Shown: positions 1 to 9,479 of the stretch, piece after piece | Position numbering within the stretch: the stretch's first letter is position 1 | Layout of the letters: every line of letters starts with the position of its first letter | Assembly: GCA_963769935.1 (NCBI GenBank) | Contig: CAVYNY010000014.1 | Span: 64,001 to 128,000, forward strand | Direction of reading: 5' to 3' | DNA: 64,000 bases | Source: an uncultured delta proteobacterium | Lineage (GTDB): Bacteria; Desulfobacterota; Desulfobacteria; Desulfobacterales; JAFDCJ01 | Notes under the pieces: model-generated | What the model saw: the letters and a program-made list of their open reading frames with translations, nothing else | Told to the model about the DNA's origin: nothing | The model's database searches: none | Position numbers and translations under genes: made by a program

Positions 1-245
1 TAGATCGTCAAACCTTTAGGCGCCGCACGAATACATTCCTGCACCACATATTCGGGGATTTTCACCACCTCGTTTCTGACAAGGGCGCCGGCTTTTTTCA
101 GCATCTCCCGGGCCTCTTTATGCAGGATTTTAGCGCCTGTTTTTTCTAAAATATCAAAGCCTGCCCGCTTGATTTCCTGGATTTGATCATCGCTCAGCAC
201 GCGAAAGAAAACCGACCGGTTCTCCCTGAAAGACGATTGTATCAT
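1..245 (-). CDS. Trimethylamine methyltransferase (MttB) family protein, 5' part only (runs off window)
   Basis: Not in the ORF track. Manual translation from ATG 245 gives MIQSSFRENRSVFFRVLSDDQIQEIKRAGFDILEKTGAKILHKEAREMLKKAGALV...IPEYVVQECIRAAPKGLTI, a typical MttB-family N-terminus. AGGAGG RBS at about 250-255. Confidence 0.85.
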   Translation of the reverse strand, partial: MIQSSFRENRSVFFRVLSDDQIQEIKRAGFDILEKTGAKILHKEAREMLKKAGALVRNEVVKIPEYVVQECIRAAPKGLTI

Positions 246-343
246 GTAACCTCCTTTCCGTTCAAAAAATGCATTTCAGCGTAGAATTGCCGGAATATAT
301 CCGGTTTTTGAGTGCCGTGTAAAGTGATCTCTCATCTCCCTAC

Positions 344-373
344 TTGACACCCAATCCTCATTTGCACTAAAAT
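344..373 (+). promoter_or_regulatory. Putative sigma70 promoter for the PAS kinase
   Basis: TTGACA-N18-TAAAAT upstream of ATG 433. Confidence 0.5.
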
Positions 374-432
374 TTATAAAATTGTCTGCCTTTGGGTGAT
401 AATTCCGCCGTACGGATGCTTGCCCGTACAAA

Positions 433-2037
433 ATGAAAGAAATGATTAAAACAAAAAAGCAGCTCCTGGATGAAATAACCGAATTGCGCCGAGAAATCAA
501 AGCATTCGAAAACGACTCATTCAACTCAGCGGAAAAGAACCCGGAGTTAGAACAGCGCAAAGAACTGTACCGTGCATTGGCGGAGCATGCCAGTGAGGCC
601 ATCCTGGTGATTCAGGACAAAAAACTAAAATATGTCAATGCCAAGGCTATGGAAGTCACAGGTTATTCGAGAAAAGAGTTAACTTCAAGTGTTTTTGATC
701 ATTTTATCCACCCGCATGATCGCCGCCTGATCGGACTCAATGATATGCAGGGTCTCAATTGTGAAACCGAAGTCAAACACTTGGCCTGCCGGGTAGTTGA
801 CAAAAAAGGCAACACCAGATGGGTGGATGCCAAATTTCTGAGGACCCCATGGGCGGAAAAATCAGCTGTTCTGTGTTTCCTGATGGATATTACCGAGCGC
901 AAAACTGCGGAGGAGGCACTGCGTTTCAGCGAAGCAAGATACCGCCAACTCGTCGAATACGCGCCCGCAGGGATTTATGAAGTCGACATGACAACCGGCA
1001 AGTTTATCAGCGTCAATGATGTGGTTTGCGAATGCACCGGCTACACGAAGGAAGAATTCCAGAATTTAAAAATGTGGGATGTTCTGAAAGAAAAAAGCCG
1101 CGAAAAACTTCTCGAACGATATCAAAAAATGCTGAAAGGTGAACCTGTCCCGGCGGAGGTTGAATACGAAATCATCGGCAAAAATAAAAGGAAGATATCC
1201 TTTTTGGCCTATACGAGGATCGTATGTGAAAATGGCCGGCCGGTCAGAACGACTACGGTGGCCCATGACGTAACCGAGCGAAAACGGATGGAGGAAGAAC
1301 TCAGCAATGCTCGGAAGCTTGAATCATTAGGCGTGCTGGCCGGCGGGATCGGCCACGATTTTAACAATCTTCTGTCTGGAATCATTGGAAATATCTCTCT
1401 GGCCAAGCTCGAATCGGAGCGGGGAGAAGCTTTTTTGGAATCCCTGGATGAGGCCCTGCGAGTCTCTGCCAAGGCCAGTGCGCTTACCCAGCAGCTGTTG
1501 GTTTTTTCAAAGTGGGGCGCACCGGTTAAGAAGGCAGCCTCCATCGCCGAGGTGTTGCGAGACTCCGCTGCTTTTACCCTGCGGGGCTCGAAAGTGATAT
1601 GTGAGTTCAGCATAGCAGACGATCTCTGGCCGGTTAAAGTGGACATCGGACAATTCAGCCAGATGATTCATAATCTTGTCATTAATGCCTTGCAGGCCAT
1701 GTCCAAGGGTGGCGCAATCAAACTGCGGGCCGGCAATATCACCCTGGAGACGGTATCGGACATACCGCTGAAGCCCGGCCGCTACATCGAAATCAATATT
1801 CAGGATCAGGGTAATGGAATTGCGCCGGAGGATCTCCCCAAAATTTTCGATCCTTATTTTACCACCAAGGCCAAGGGAAGTGGACTGGGCCTAACGATGT
1901 CATATACGATCATCAAACGCCACGATGGACACATTACAGCGGAATCCGAAGTCGGAAAAGGGACCGTCTTCCGTATCTTTCTGCCGGCCACCGCAGAAGT
2001 ACCGGTAGAAATCGCGGATAGAGAGCCCACGCTGTAA
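433..2037 (+). CDS. PAS-PAS sensor histidine kinase (receiver domain lost)
   Basis: Two PAS/PAC domains, H-box GGIGHDFNNLL, N-box NLVINALQAM, DQGNGI, FDPYFTTK, GSGLGL. Confidence 0.92.
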   Translation: MKEMIKTKKQLLDEITELRREIKAFENDSFNSAEKNPELEQRKELYRALAEHASEAILVIQDKKLKYVNAKAMEVTGYSRKELTSSVFDHFIHPHDRRLIGLNDMQGLNCETEVKHLACRVVDKKGNTRWVDAKFLRTPWAEKSAVLCFLMDITERKTAEEALRFSEARYRQLVEYAPAGIYEVDMTTGKFISVNDVVCECTGYTKEEFQNLKMWDVLKEKSREKLLERYQKMLKGEPVPAEVEYEIIGKNKRKISFLAYTRIVCENGRPVRTTTVAHDVTERKRMEEELSNARKLESLGVLAGGIGHDFNNLLSGIIGNISLAKLESERGEAFLESLDEALRVSAKASALTQQLLVFSKWGAPVKKAASIAEVLRDSAAFTLRGSKVICEFSIADDLWPVKVDIGQFSQMIHNLVINALQAMSKGGAIKLRAGNITLETVSDIPLKPGRYIEINIQDQGNGIAPEDLPKIFDPYFTTKAKGSGLGLTMSYTIIKRHDGHITAESEVGKGTVFRIFLPATAEVPVEIADREPTL

Positions 2038-2077
2038 GGGCGAAGGTAAAATCCTCGTAATGGAAGATGAAGAAAGC
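2036..2077 (+). pseudogene. Out-of-frame remnant of a receiver-domain start
   Basis: The +1 frame straight after the stop reads KGEGKILVMEDEES, matching EGKGRILVMDDEET in the downstream paralog, then similarity ends. Confidence 0.7.
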
Positions 2078-2173
2078 AAGCCGGAGGCTTTAATTCAACG
2101 TCTCAGAATTTTTATGATGATAACTGCCTTGCTTTAGTTGTTGAACTCACTGCCCGAATGCTTGCCTCTAAAA

Positions 2174-4169
2174 ATGAAAGAAATGAAACAAACAAATAAG
2201 CAGCTCCTCGATGAAATAGCAGAATTGCAGCGAAAAATCAAAGCATTCGAAAAAGCCTCCTCCAATCGTCCCGCAAAGATTTGTGAAAACCAACAAAGTG
2301 AAGAGCTGTTCGGCCTCCTGGTTGAAAATGCTGATGAGGCCATAGTGATGATTCAAAATGGCAAGATCCAGTATGCAAATACCAAGGCCTCGGAGGTAAC
2401 AGGATATTCGATAGGAGAGTTACGCGCAAGATCCTTTATCAATTTGATCCATCCGGATGATCGCACGCGGATCTCATTCGATGATAGCCTACTTCGCAAT
2501 AAAGACAAGGCTTCCGAACTAATCACTTTCAGGATTAAAACTAAAAATGACGACTTCCGTTGGCTGGAGGCCAAGCTTCTCAGTACGGCAAAGATGGGTC
2601 AATCCAGCGTGCTGGGCTTCCTGAATGACGTTACCGAACAAAAAATCGCAGAGGAGGCTTTGCGTGAAAGCGAGGCAAAATACCGGCAGCTTGTCGAACA
2701 CGCACCGGCTGGCATTTATGAAATAGATTTGACGAATGGTCAATTTATCAGTGTAAATGATGTAATGTGTGAATATACAGGTTATACAAAGGAGGAATTG
2801 CTCAATCTGAATTTCATGAACCTTCTCACTCAAGAGAGCCTTGAGAAAAATCTTCTACGATATGAGAAAATACTAAATGCTGAAGCAGTCCCCGAAATAG
2901 CCGAATATGAAATCATTGGGAAAGACCAACGAAAACTTTGGATACTAGTTAATACAAAAATAAAATATGAAAATGGCACACCTGTCAGCGTGACAGTTAT
3001 AGCGCATATCATCACCAATCGAAAAAAGCTTGAACAAGAATTAAGCAAGGCTCAAAAGTTGGAATCTTTGGGTATTCTGGCCGGTGGCATTGGCCATGAT
3101 TTTAGAAATCTTCTTTCTGGAATTATGGGGAATATCTCTCTAGCCAAGCTTGAGGCGGAACGCGGCGAGGATATAAAGGAATCCCTGGATGAGGCCCTGC
3201 GGGTTGCATCTAAGGCTAGTGCGCTTACCCAGCAGTTATTAGTCTTTTCAAGGGGCGGAGCACCGGTTAGAAAGGCTGCCGGCATCGCTGACGTATTAAA
3301 GGAATCCACGGCCTTTACCCTGAGGGGATCAAAAGTGAGCTGCCGATATAATATCGCAAAAAACCTCTGGCCGGTTAAAGTCGACCTCGGGCAGTTCAGT
3401 CAGGTGATTCAGAATCTGGTCCTCAATGCCTAGGCAGGCCATGCCAAAAGGCGGTGAAATCAGGCTGCAAGCCGGAAATGTTGTGATCGATAAAACTTTT
3501 GATTTGCCTCTAAATCCGGGCCGCTATGTAGAAATAAGGATCCAGGACCAGGGCGAAGGTATTTCGCAGAAAAATCTTTCCAAAATATTTGATCCCTATT
3601 TTACGACCAAGTCAAGAGGAAGTGGACTCGGCCTAACAATCACATACACTGTTATCCGGCGACATGATGGGCACATTGCCGTGGAATCTGAAATCGGCAA
3701 AGGGACGACTTTCGTGATATATCTACCTTCTACCCATGAGGTTCCCGAAGAAACCCATGACCGAAAGGTTCACCCTGTTGAAGGCAAGGGAAGAATCCTG
3801 GTTATGGATGATGAGGAAACACTAAGAAAAATAGCCGAAAGAATGCTCCTCAGATTAGGCTATGAAGTCCAGTGTGTTAAGGACGGAGACGAGGCCGTCA
3901 AGTATTACGAGCAGGCCAAACGAAACGGACAGTCATTTGATGCGGTAATCATGGACTTGACCATACCAGGTGGAATGGGGGGAAAAGAGACCATCAAAAA
4001 ATTACTGGAAATTGATCCACAAGCAAAATCGGTTGTATCCAGCGGGTATTCCAATGATCCCATAATGTCAAATTATAAGGAATTCGGCTTTAGAGGTGTT
4101 GTTCCCAAACCGTATAGAATTGAGGAACTCAGCTTGATAATACACGAAGTATTGAAATCAGGAGAATGA
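2174..4169 (+). CDS. PAS-PAS hybrid histidine kinase/response regulator, split by an apparent +1 frameshift at 3431 (ORFs 2174..3433 and 3426..4169)
   Basis: Paralog of 433..2037. N-box reads AAT GCC T AGG CAG GCC ATG versus AAT GCC TTG CAG GCC ATG in the paralog. The second ORF holds the rest of the HATPase domain plus a full receiver (ILVMDDE, IMDLTIPG, SSGY, KPY). Confidence 0.88.
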
Positions 4170-4245
4170 ACCGGTTGAATCCGTGCTGAAAAGCACTAAG
4201 AAATTATTTACTGCCAATCAACACGTGAAGTTCATTAAATAGGCA

Positions 4246-4316
4246 AGTAAAAAATCCTGACCCAGAGAGCCAGGCATTGAACTCACCCCAGAGGACAAGG
4301 TTTTCAATGTTGGAAT
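4246..4316. repeat. Dispersed intergenic repeat, partly duplicated in place
   Basis: AAGTAAAAAATCCTGACCCAGAGAGCCAGG and CCCAGAGGACAAGGTTTTCAATGTTGGAAT together match the element at 46300-46345. Confidence 0.75.
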
Positions 4317-4345
4317 GAAAGCCCCCCCCTCCTCAATTCGACTCA

Positions 4346-5437
4346 CTAATGCAGGCTTATGGCTCGCTTTTTTGTCAATTTTAGAATTACCTTCTCCAGT
4401 CTATTGAATCCCATAGTGGTCTGCTCATGGTTAAAGGGAAAATAAAAAAAATTAATTTTGAATTTTTGGGCGTCAAAATTTCGCAGCGATGAGATTCCTA
4501 ATTTTTTCAACCCTGCTTCCATAAGCTCTAAAATTCGAAATGCTATCTTGGGATTTAAACTTTCTATTTCATTTATCGCTTCGATAAGCTCATCAGCTGA
4601 TTTAAAAGAACCGAGGACTTGACGCTGCAAAAAGTAAATTGCAACATCACGGGCAGCATTTTTCTCATCGAGGATATCTGCCCGTACGAATGATGGTACA
4701 ATATCTATTGGGAAAAAGTGCTGCAGACTTGAAAGAAGCGACCCATAAGTATCTCCACAAACATATGAGCTGGGATGCTCAAGAAGGCCATTTTCGATTA
4801 CAAAATCCCTCGCCATCAGAAAAGCAGCAGCTATCCAAACAGTTTTCAGCAGTCCAGCACATGAATTTGCATCTTGCCCGTCCATAGCTGTGGCCTTCAC
4901 TAATCTACCGACCTCTAAGGCAGGCACATTGGACAATCGATTTTCAAATTGGCCTAAGCTCAGGTAGGACAAACTCGGCATTTCCTCTTTATCACTAAAA
5001 AAATACAGGGCCATAGACCCGACGATTTCCCCGGACTTCATTACCAAAACGACAATATCATCTGCCTTTCTGAGGGAAACAAAGTCACTGGCTCTTTTGA
5101 GTTCTTTGGTTGAACAATATTCGCCATAAAGCTCTTTGCATGGCTCAACCAATGATCTTAAATTTGGGAGTATTCCGCTGGAAAGTAAAAGCAATGAGGC
5201 TTCGAATAGATTTGACAAAAAGAGGCTGTTGCGGTAACCGTCGGCGACCAGCTGATCTAAACTCTTTTTTAAATAAAAGGGGATATTTTCGTATCTGGTA
5301 ATCAGTGCAGTGAATTCACCGGCCTGAAATTTCTGCTCAGCCCAGTTGTACTCATAGCTGAAATCACAGGGAATAAATGGATAGCTGCCGATTCCATTTC
5401 TTCCCGGAAAAATTTGGCTCGTGGCAAAATCATTCAT
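4346..5437 (-). CDS. Hypothetical protein with a GNAT-like (FeeM/LuxI-like acyltransferase) core
   Basis: Long AT-rich ORF; likely start ATG 5437 (MNDF). Segment VVLVMKSGEIVGSMALY...EMPS...ALEVGRLV resembles the 'ivGt.rl...lP...EvgRl' pattern of N-acyl synthases. Confidence 0.5.
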   Translation of the reverse strand: MNDFATSQIFPGRNGIGSYPFIPCDFSYEYNWAEQKFQAGEFTALITRYENIPFYLKKSLDQLVADGYRNSLFLSNLFEASLLLLSSGILPNLRSLVEPCKELYGEYCSTKELKRASDFVSLRKADDIVVLVMKSGEIVGSMALYFFSDKEEMPSLSYLSLGQFENRLSNVPALEVGRLVKATAMDGQDANSCAGLLKTVWIAAAFLMARDFVIENGLLEHPSSYVCGDTYGSLLSSLQHFFPIDIVPSFVRADILDEKNAARDVAIYFLQRQVLGSFKSADELIEAINEIESLNPKIAFRILELMEAGLKKLGISSLRNFDAQKFKINFFYFPFNHEQTTMGFNRLEKVILKLTKKRAISLH

Positions 5438-6051
5438 CGGTCTCGTATTCCCCCGGCGGCAATACTTTGTGAGGCCAACATGCAAGCATTCATTCTAAAA
5501 TCTGCCGATCAAATCTGTCGCTCCCTAATCCCCCGATTAGCTTGAGCAACATCCATGCCATTCGGCGCTTCCGGCCGTCGACAGCCCCGCGTTGCTTGAT
5601 TACAGTAGTTTTGCTCGCCCCTTTTTGTTTCTTCCGCAAATTCGGTTTATTTTTATTTATCGGCCGAATTGAAAATAACTTGACTGTTTTCGTCAAAAAA
5701 ATGTCTCCGGTATCCATCGGAAGACCATCAAACAAAGAGATGATGGATGGATTCCAAAAGGCGCAAAGAGAAGACTTCGGCTTGCAGTTTTGCAGGGTCG
5801 TCCAGCCGGATCAGGGTCAACGCGAATGTCAAGGAGGTTGTCACTTCATCGACAACCGGGTATGCGCCTGCAGTGTCGTTGACACGGCCGTTTTCAGGGC
5901 TGCCGCCCTCCCAACCGTAAACCGAGTTTGCAATCCAGGCTTCGAAAGCCCCTATCCGCCGATCGATCGGCCGCCGGGCTGCCATAAGAATATTATTACA
6001 TTTCAGATAGTTAAGATTTTATCCGGTGATCGATTAATTATAGTGGCAGTC

Positions 6052-6067
6052 TGGCATGTTCATTGCG
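6052..6067 (+). promoter_or_regulatory. Sigma54 (-24/-12) promoter
   Basis: TGGCAT-GTTCA-TTGCG upstream of 6154; IHF-like TTTCAGATAGTTA at 6001-6013. Confidence 0.6.
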
Positions 6068-6153
6068 ATGGAAAAGGGCAGGTTCAGGACTGGATTGATG
6101 ATCTGATAGATATGGGGTTGGCTGCAAACACGTTAAAACCTTGGAGGTGAGAA

Positions 6154-6612
6154 ATGAAGTTAATCGCCCGCAATCAGACTCTTTCAAATTTCATTCAAAA
6201 TCAAAGCGCAAATTGGAGACAGGGCGTAGGGGGCTGCCAAAGGATCGATCAACGCGAGCTGGTGATGCGGCAAATTAAGCGTTCACCTTTGCAAAAACAA
6301 CCAGAGAGCAAAAATATAGCTCCTGGACTTTGTATCGAGGATATCGAGGTGTGCGCCGATAGAAAGTATATGTACTGCAAAGGCATCGTGCGCAGCCACG
6401 GGTCCCGGGCAAGATCGAATTTAGTCGTGGCGGTTGAATGGCTGGATGAACATCGACAGGCCCTGAACACGGACTGGAAGCGCATCGAAATGCAACTTGA
6501 CGGCAAAAGGGTGCCGTTGTTTCCCAATACGATGAGACCGTTCAGTGTTAAAGCCCCTCTGGACCGGCGGGTGAAATGGGTTAAAGCCTATGCCTTCTCA
6601 GGCAATAATTGA
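6154..6612 (+). CDS. Hypothetical protein, possible FxLYD-like beta domain
   Basis: GGAGG RBS; C-terminal pattern GIVRSHG...NLVVAVEWLD...LFPNTMRPFSV. Confidence 0.65.
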   Translation: MKLIARNQTLSNFIQNQSANWRQGVGGCQRIDQRELVMRQIKRSPLQKQPESKNIAPGLCIEDIEVCADRKYMYCKGIVRSHGSRARSNLVVAVEWLDEHRQALNTDWKRIEMQLDGKRVPLFPNTMRPFSVKAPLDRRVKWVKAYAFSGNN

Positions 6613-6645
6613 GGGATGCGGCGGCTGTTTTCAATACAGGCTGGT

Positions 6646-7137
6646 TCAGGGCCTGTTGCGGCACAACAGCAGATTGACGGCTTTCATGCTCATCACAACT
6701 TCCTGATTCTGATTCAACACCTCGATAAATGAAAAGAGAACGCCGCGGTCCGGTTTGGAAAGCGAGCGTCTGGTTTCCGTAACTGTCACCCGCAGCCTGA
6801 GGGTGTCGCCGGGGCGCACGGGCTTGCTCCAGCGTAATTCGTCCACACCCGGGGAACCAAGGCTGGCGACGGAAGACAGGTAATGATCGACAAACAACCG
6901 CATCATCATACTGGCCGTATGCCAGCCACTGGCAATCAATCCACCGTATCGGGTTTGCTTGGCGGCTTGCGGTGAGGTATGAAAAACCTGTGGATCAAAC
7001 CGTTTCCCAAATTCGATGATTTCCGCCTCGGTTGCCTGAATCGCTCCGCATTCGCAGACCGCCCCGGTCTGATAATCCTCCAGGTAGCGGTCCTCAACCG
7101 GGACGACAAAAGTAGAACAGTCCATAGTGCTCCCCAT
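6646..7137 (-). CDS. MaoC family dehydratase
   Basis: RYLEDY, FDPQVFH, GGLIASGWHT, GVDELRWSKPVRPGDTL. Confidence 0.93.
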   Translation of the reverse strand: MGSTMDCSTFVVPVEDRYLEDYQTGAVCECGAIQATEAEIIEFGKRFDPQVFHTSPQAAKQTRYGGLIASGWHTASMMMRLFVDHYLSSVASLGSPGVDELRWSKPVRPGDTLRLRVTVTETRRSLSKPDRGVLFSFIEVLNQNQEVVMSMKAVNLLLCRNRP

Positions 7138-7223
7138 ATAGCTGAATTCAAACCGGCAACGCTGCAGCTGTCCGGCAGACGCCGTTGCTCACGCCGCGTT
7201 GAATGCTGCAATTCCACCTCCGG

Positions 7224-7574
7224 TTAAAGATGCATAACTTTCCATTCCCGGATGGCATTGTTCAGACTTATAATCAGATTTTCAATCTCTTCAATGGTAT
7301 TTAGGGCCGCGATCCTCAAGTTGACCCGCAGCTCATTTTCATAATTGCGTTTCTGCCGGTCCAACTCTTCCAGGATCTGTTCTCTGCTCCACTCCGGGTG
7401 TGAACGTTTCGTTTTTTGGATAATCATGTATTCGTCAAAAGAATGTTCAAAGTTTTCTTCCAGAAACATTTTCATCTCTTCCAGGGAGGGAACTTCATAT
7501 GTCCCGGCCAGTATCTGATTCAACGATTCTTTGACGATTTGTCGGGCGCATTTTTTGATATCAGAAGAATACAT
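7224..7574 (-). CDS. Hypothetical helical protein
   Basis: 116-aa ORF with protein-like composition; AAGG upstream of the ATG. Confidence 0.75.
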   Translation of the reverse strand: MYSSDIKKCARQIVKESLNQILAGTYEVPSLEEMKMFLEENFEHSFDEYMIIQKTKRSHPEWSREQILEELDRQKRNYENELRVNLRIAALNTIEEIENLIISLNNAIREWKVMHL

Positions 7575-7902
7575 CCTTGATTTTACCCTTAATTACCTGG
7601 ATTATGATTGCTGTAGAACTTCGCTGCAATCCGCCGGCTCGGAATTGCAGCGAAACGGCAGATTCATCGCGGGTTTGCCCCAGAAATCAACCACTTCGAT
7701 AGGCACCCTTGCATTCTGAATACCGCTATATTAAAACGTCGAAGTTGAAATTGCAATCATTTAGCAAAAAATTGTCTTATTGAAATTATGAGGGACTTCA
7801 AAGTCCGGTCAATCCGTCACTCTTTGAAAATGTGGTCGATAGTTCAGACTGCCACGCCCGCGCCTTGGGTCCAGCATTTGACTTGGACGGACCAATTTTT
7901 AT

Positions 7903-7931
7903 TTGACACAAAATCCCGAACTCCGTATATT
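7903..7931 (+). promoter_or_regulatory. Sigma70 promoter of the PBP gene
   Basis: TTGACA-N17-TATATT. Confidence 0.6.
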
Positions 7932-7969
7932 CCCCCGGAAAAAAGTATTGGGATTACAAAAAGCACCTA

Positions 7970-9313
7970 ATGAGACATACATTTTCGCATCCCGCCAAAT
8001 GGCGTGAGTACCAGTCAAAGCTTCAGAAAACCTCGAAAACAAAGCTCTTGCTGAAAAAATTGCCCGTGCTGCTGGCAATTTCAGTGAGTGCATTTATTAT
8101 ATTGCTCATTATATGTTGGGCTCTATTCCGGCTGCCCGACCGCTGGAGCTGGGCAGATCAAAAGCCGCCGCAGCCGTCGCAGCCGGACAAACGATCTGAG
8201 GCCCCGACGCTGAAACTTTCCCGAGATGATCTTCCGGCTCTCCTGGGGGACGCCGCCAGAGATAGCTCCCTGCTGAGCGATGTCTTGGTTTGTGAAAAAG
8301 CAGGCCGGCATTACACGATCAGGACCACCATCGACACCAAACTTCAAAGCTACATCCTGAAGCTGTTGAATCGATCCCGGACGCTGCAAGCTGCAGTTGT
8401 GGTTCTCAACCCGGCTGACGGAAGGGTGATTGCCATGGCCGACCATGATTCATCAAACGGGCACGGGCAAAATCTTAACCTCAAAGCCGACTATCCGGCC
8501 GCCAGCCTTTTTAAGATCGTGTCGGCCGCGGCCGCACTTGAAAATTCGGGGTATACCCCGGATACAGCCGTAGATTTCGTGGGCCGCCGGCACACCCTTT
8601 ACAAATCTCAATTGAAGCCGGCCAAAAACCGCTGGACCACCAACACCACTTTGCGCAAGGCCTTTGCCTTGTCCAACAATGCTGTTTTCGGCAAATTGGG
8701 TATTTATGTTCTGGGCCGTACCGTACTGACCGAATACGCGCAAAAGTTTGCCTTCAACCGGCAGATTCCCTTTGACCTGCCCCTTGCGGTAAGCCCCACC
8801 GTGGTGCCGGCCGATGATTTCGGCCTGGCCGAATTCGCGTCCGGCTTCAATAAAAAAACGCTGATTTCACCGCTGCATGCCGCTTTGCTGGCGGCAGTCC
8901 CCGCCAATGGCGGCACCATGCCGGACCCCTGGCTGGTTGACACGGTTGTTGATGGGAACGACCAGGTCCTCTATCGCGCCGAGCCAGTTGTTTGGAGTCG
9001 TCCGTTAACCGGCAATGCCGCACAGGGTCTGACCATTATGATGCAGGATGCCGCCCGCTACGGAACCAGCCGCAATGCCTTTCGCAAGCTGCGCCGCAAA
9101 AAGATGTTTCAAGCCTTTGAGCTGGGAGCGAAAACCGGTACCATCAATGATCAAACGGATAGCTTAAAATACGACTGGATCGCAGCCTTCGCTCTGGCGC
9201 CGAACGGAAGGCAGAGAATAGCCGTCGGAATTTTGGGAGTTCATGGCCGGATACTCGGTACCCGATCAACGGAATTGGCCCGGGCGATAATTGACTACTA
9301 TTTCAGGATGTAA
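7970..9313 (+). CDS. Penicillin-binding protein (transpeptidase-domain protein, PbpA-like)
   Basis: N-terminal TM helix; SxxK (SLFK), SxN (SNN) and KTG motifs. Confidence 0.9.
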   Translation: MRHTFSHPAKWREYQSKLQKTSKTKLLLKKLPVLLAISVSAFIILLIICWALFRLPDRWSWADQKPPQPSQPDKRSEAPTLKLSRDDLPALLGDAARDSSLLSDVLVCEKAGRHYTIRTTIDTKLQSYILKLLNRSRTLQAAVVVLNPADGRVIAMADHDSSNGHGQNLNLKADYPAASLFKIVSAAAALENSGYTPDTAVDFVGRRHTLYKSQLKPAKNRWTTNTTLRKAFALSNNAVFGKLGIYVLGRTVLTEYAQKFAFNRQIPFDLPLAVSPTVVPADDFGLAEFASGFNKKTLISPLHAALLAAVPANGGTMPDPWLVDTVVDGNDQVLYRAEPVVWSRPLTGNAAQGLTIMMQDAARYGTSRNAFRKLRRKKMFQAFELGAKTGTINDQTDSLKYDWIAAFALAPNGRQRIAVGILGVHGRILGTRSTELARAIIDYYFRM

Positions 9314-9380
9314 GATACACAGCGCCACAAATACTTGCGCAGATGTCATTTGAATCAATAGCATGGGAAAGTTTACTTGG

Positions 9381-9417
9381 GATTTATTTGTGATTTGTTT
9401 TTTGGTGCTTAGAATTT
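9381..9417. repeat. Heptamer-type intergenic repeat fragment
   Basis: GATTTATTTGTGATTTGTTTTTTGGTGCTTAGAATTT resembles the right arm at 14157-14193. Confidence 0.6.
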
Positions 9418-9479
9418 TCATTAATTGGATAGATCGAGTAAAAAGGGCGGAATAGTCGTTTCAGAGACCGCGCCGGAGG

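Noticed and set aside
5490..6150. ORFs 5542..6150(+), 5728..5985(-) and 5490..5735(-); the minus-strand ones can also be chained by +1 skips at TGA
   Set aside because: No recognisable motifs, and the region contains AT-rich promoter-like DNA and a sigma54/IHF site. Without homology the chaining may be chance, so it was not counted as evidence.
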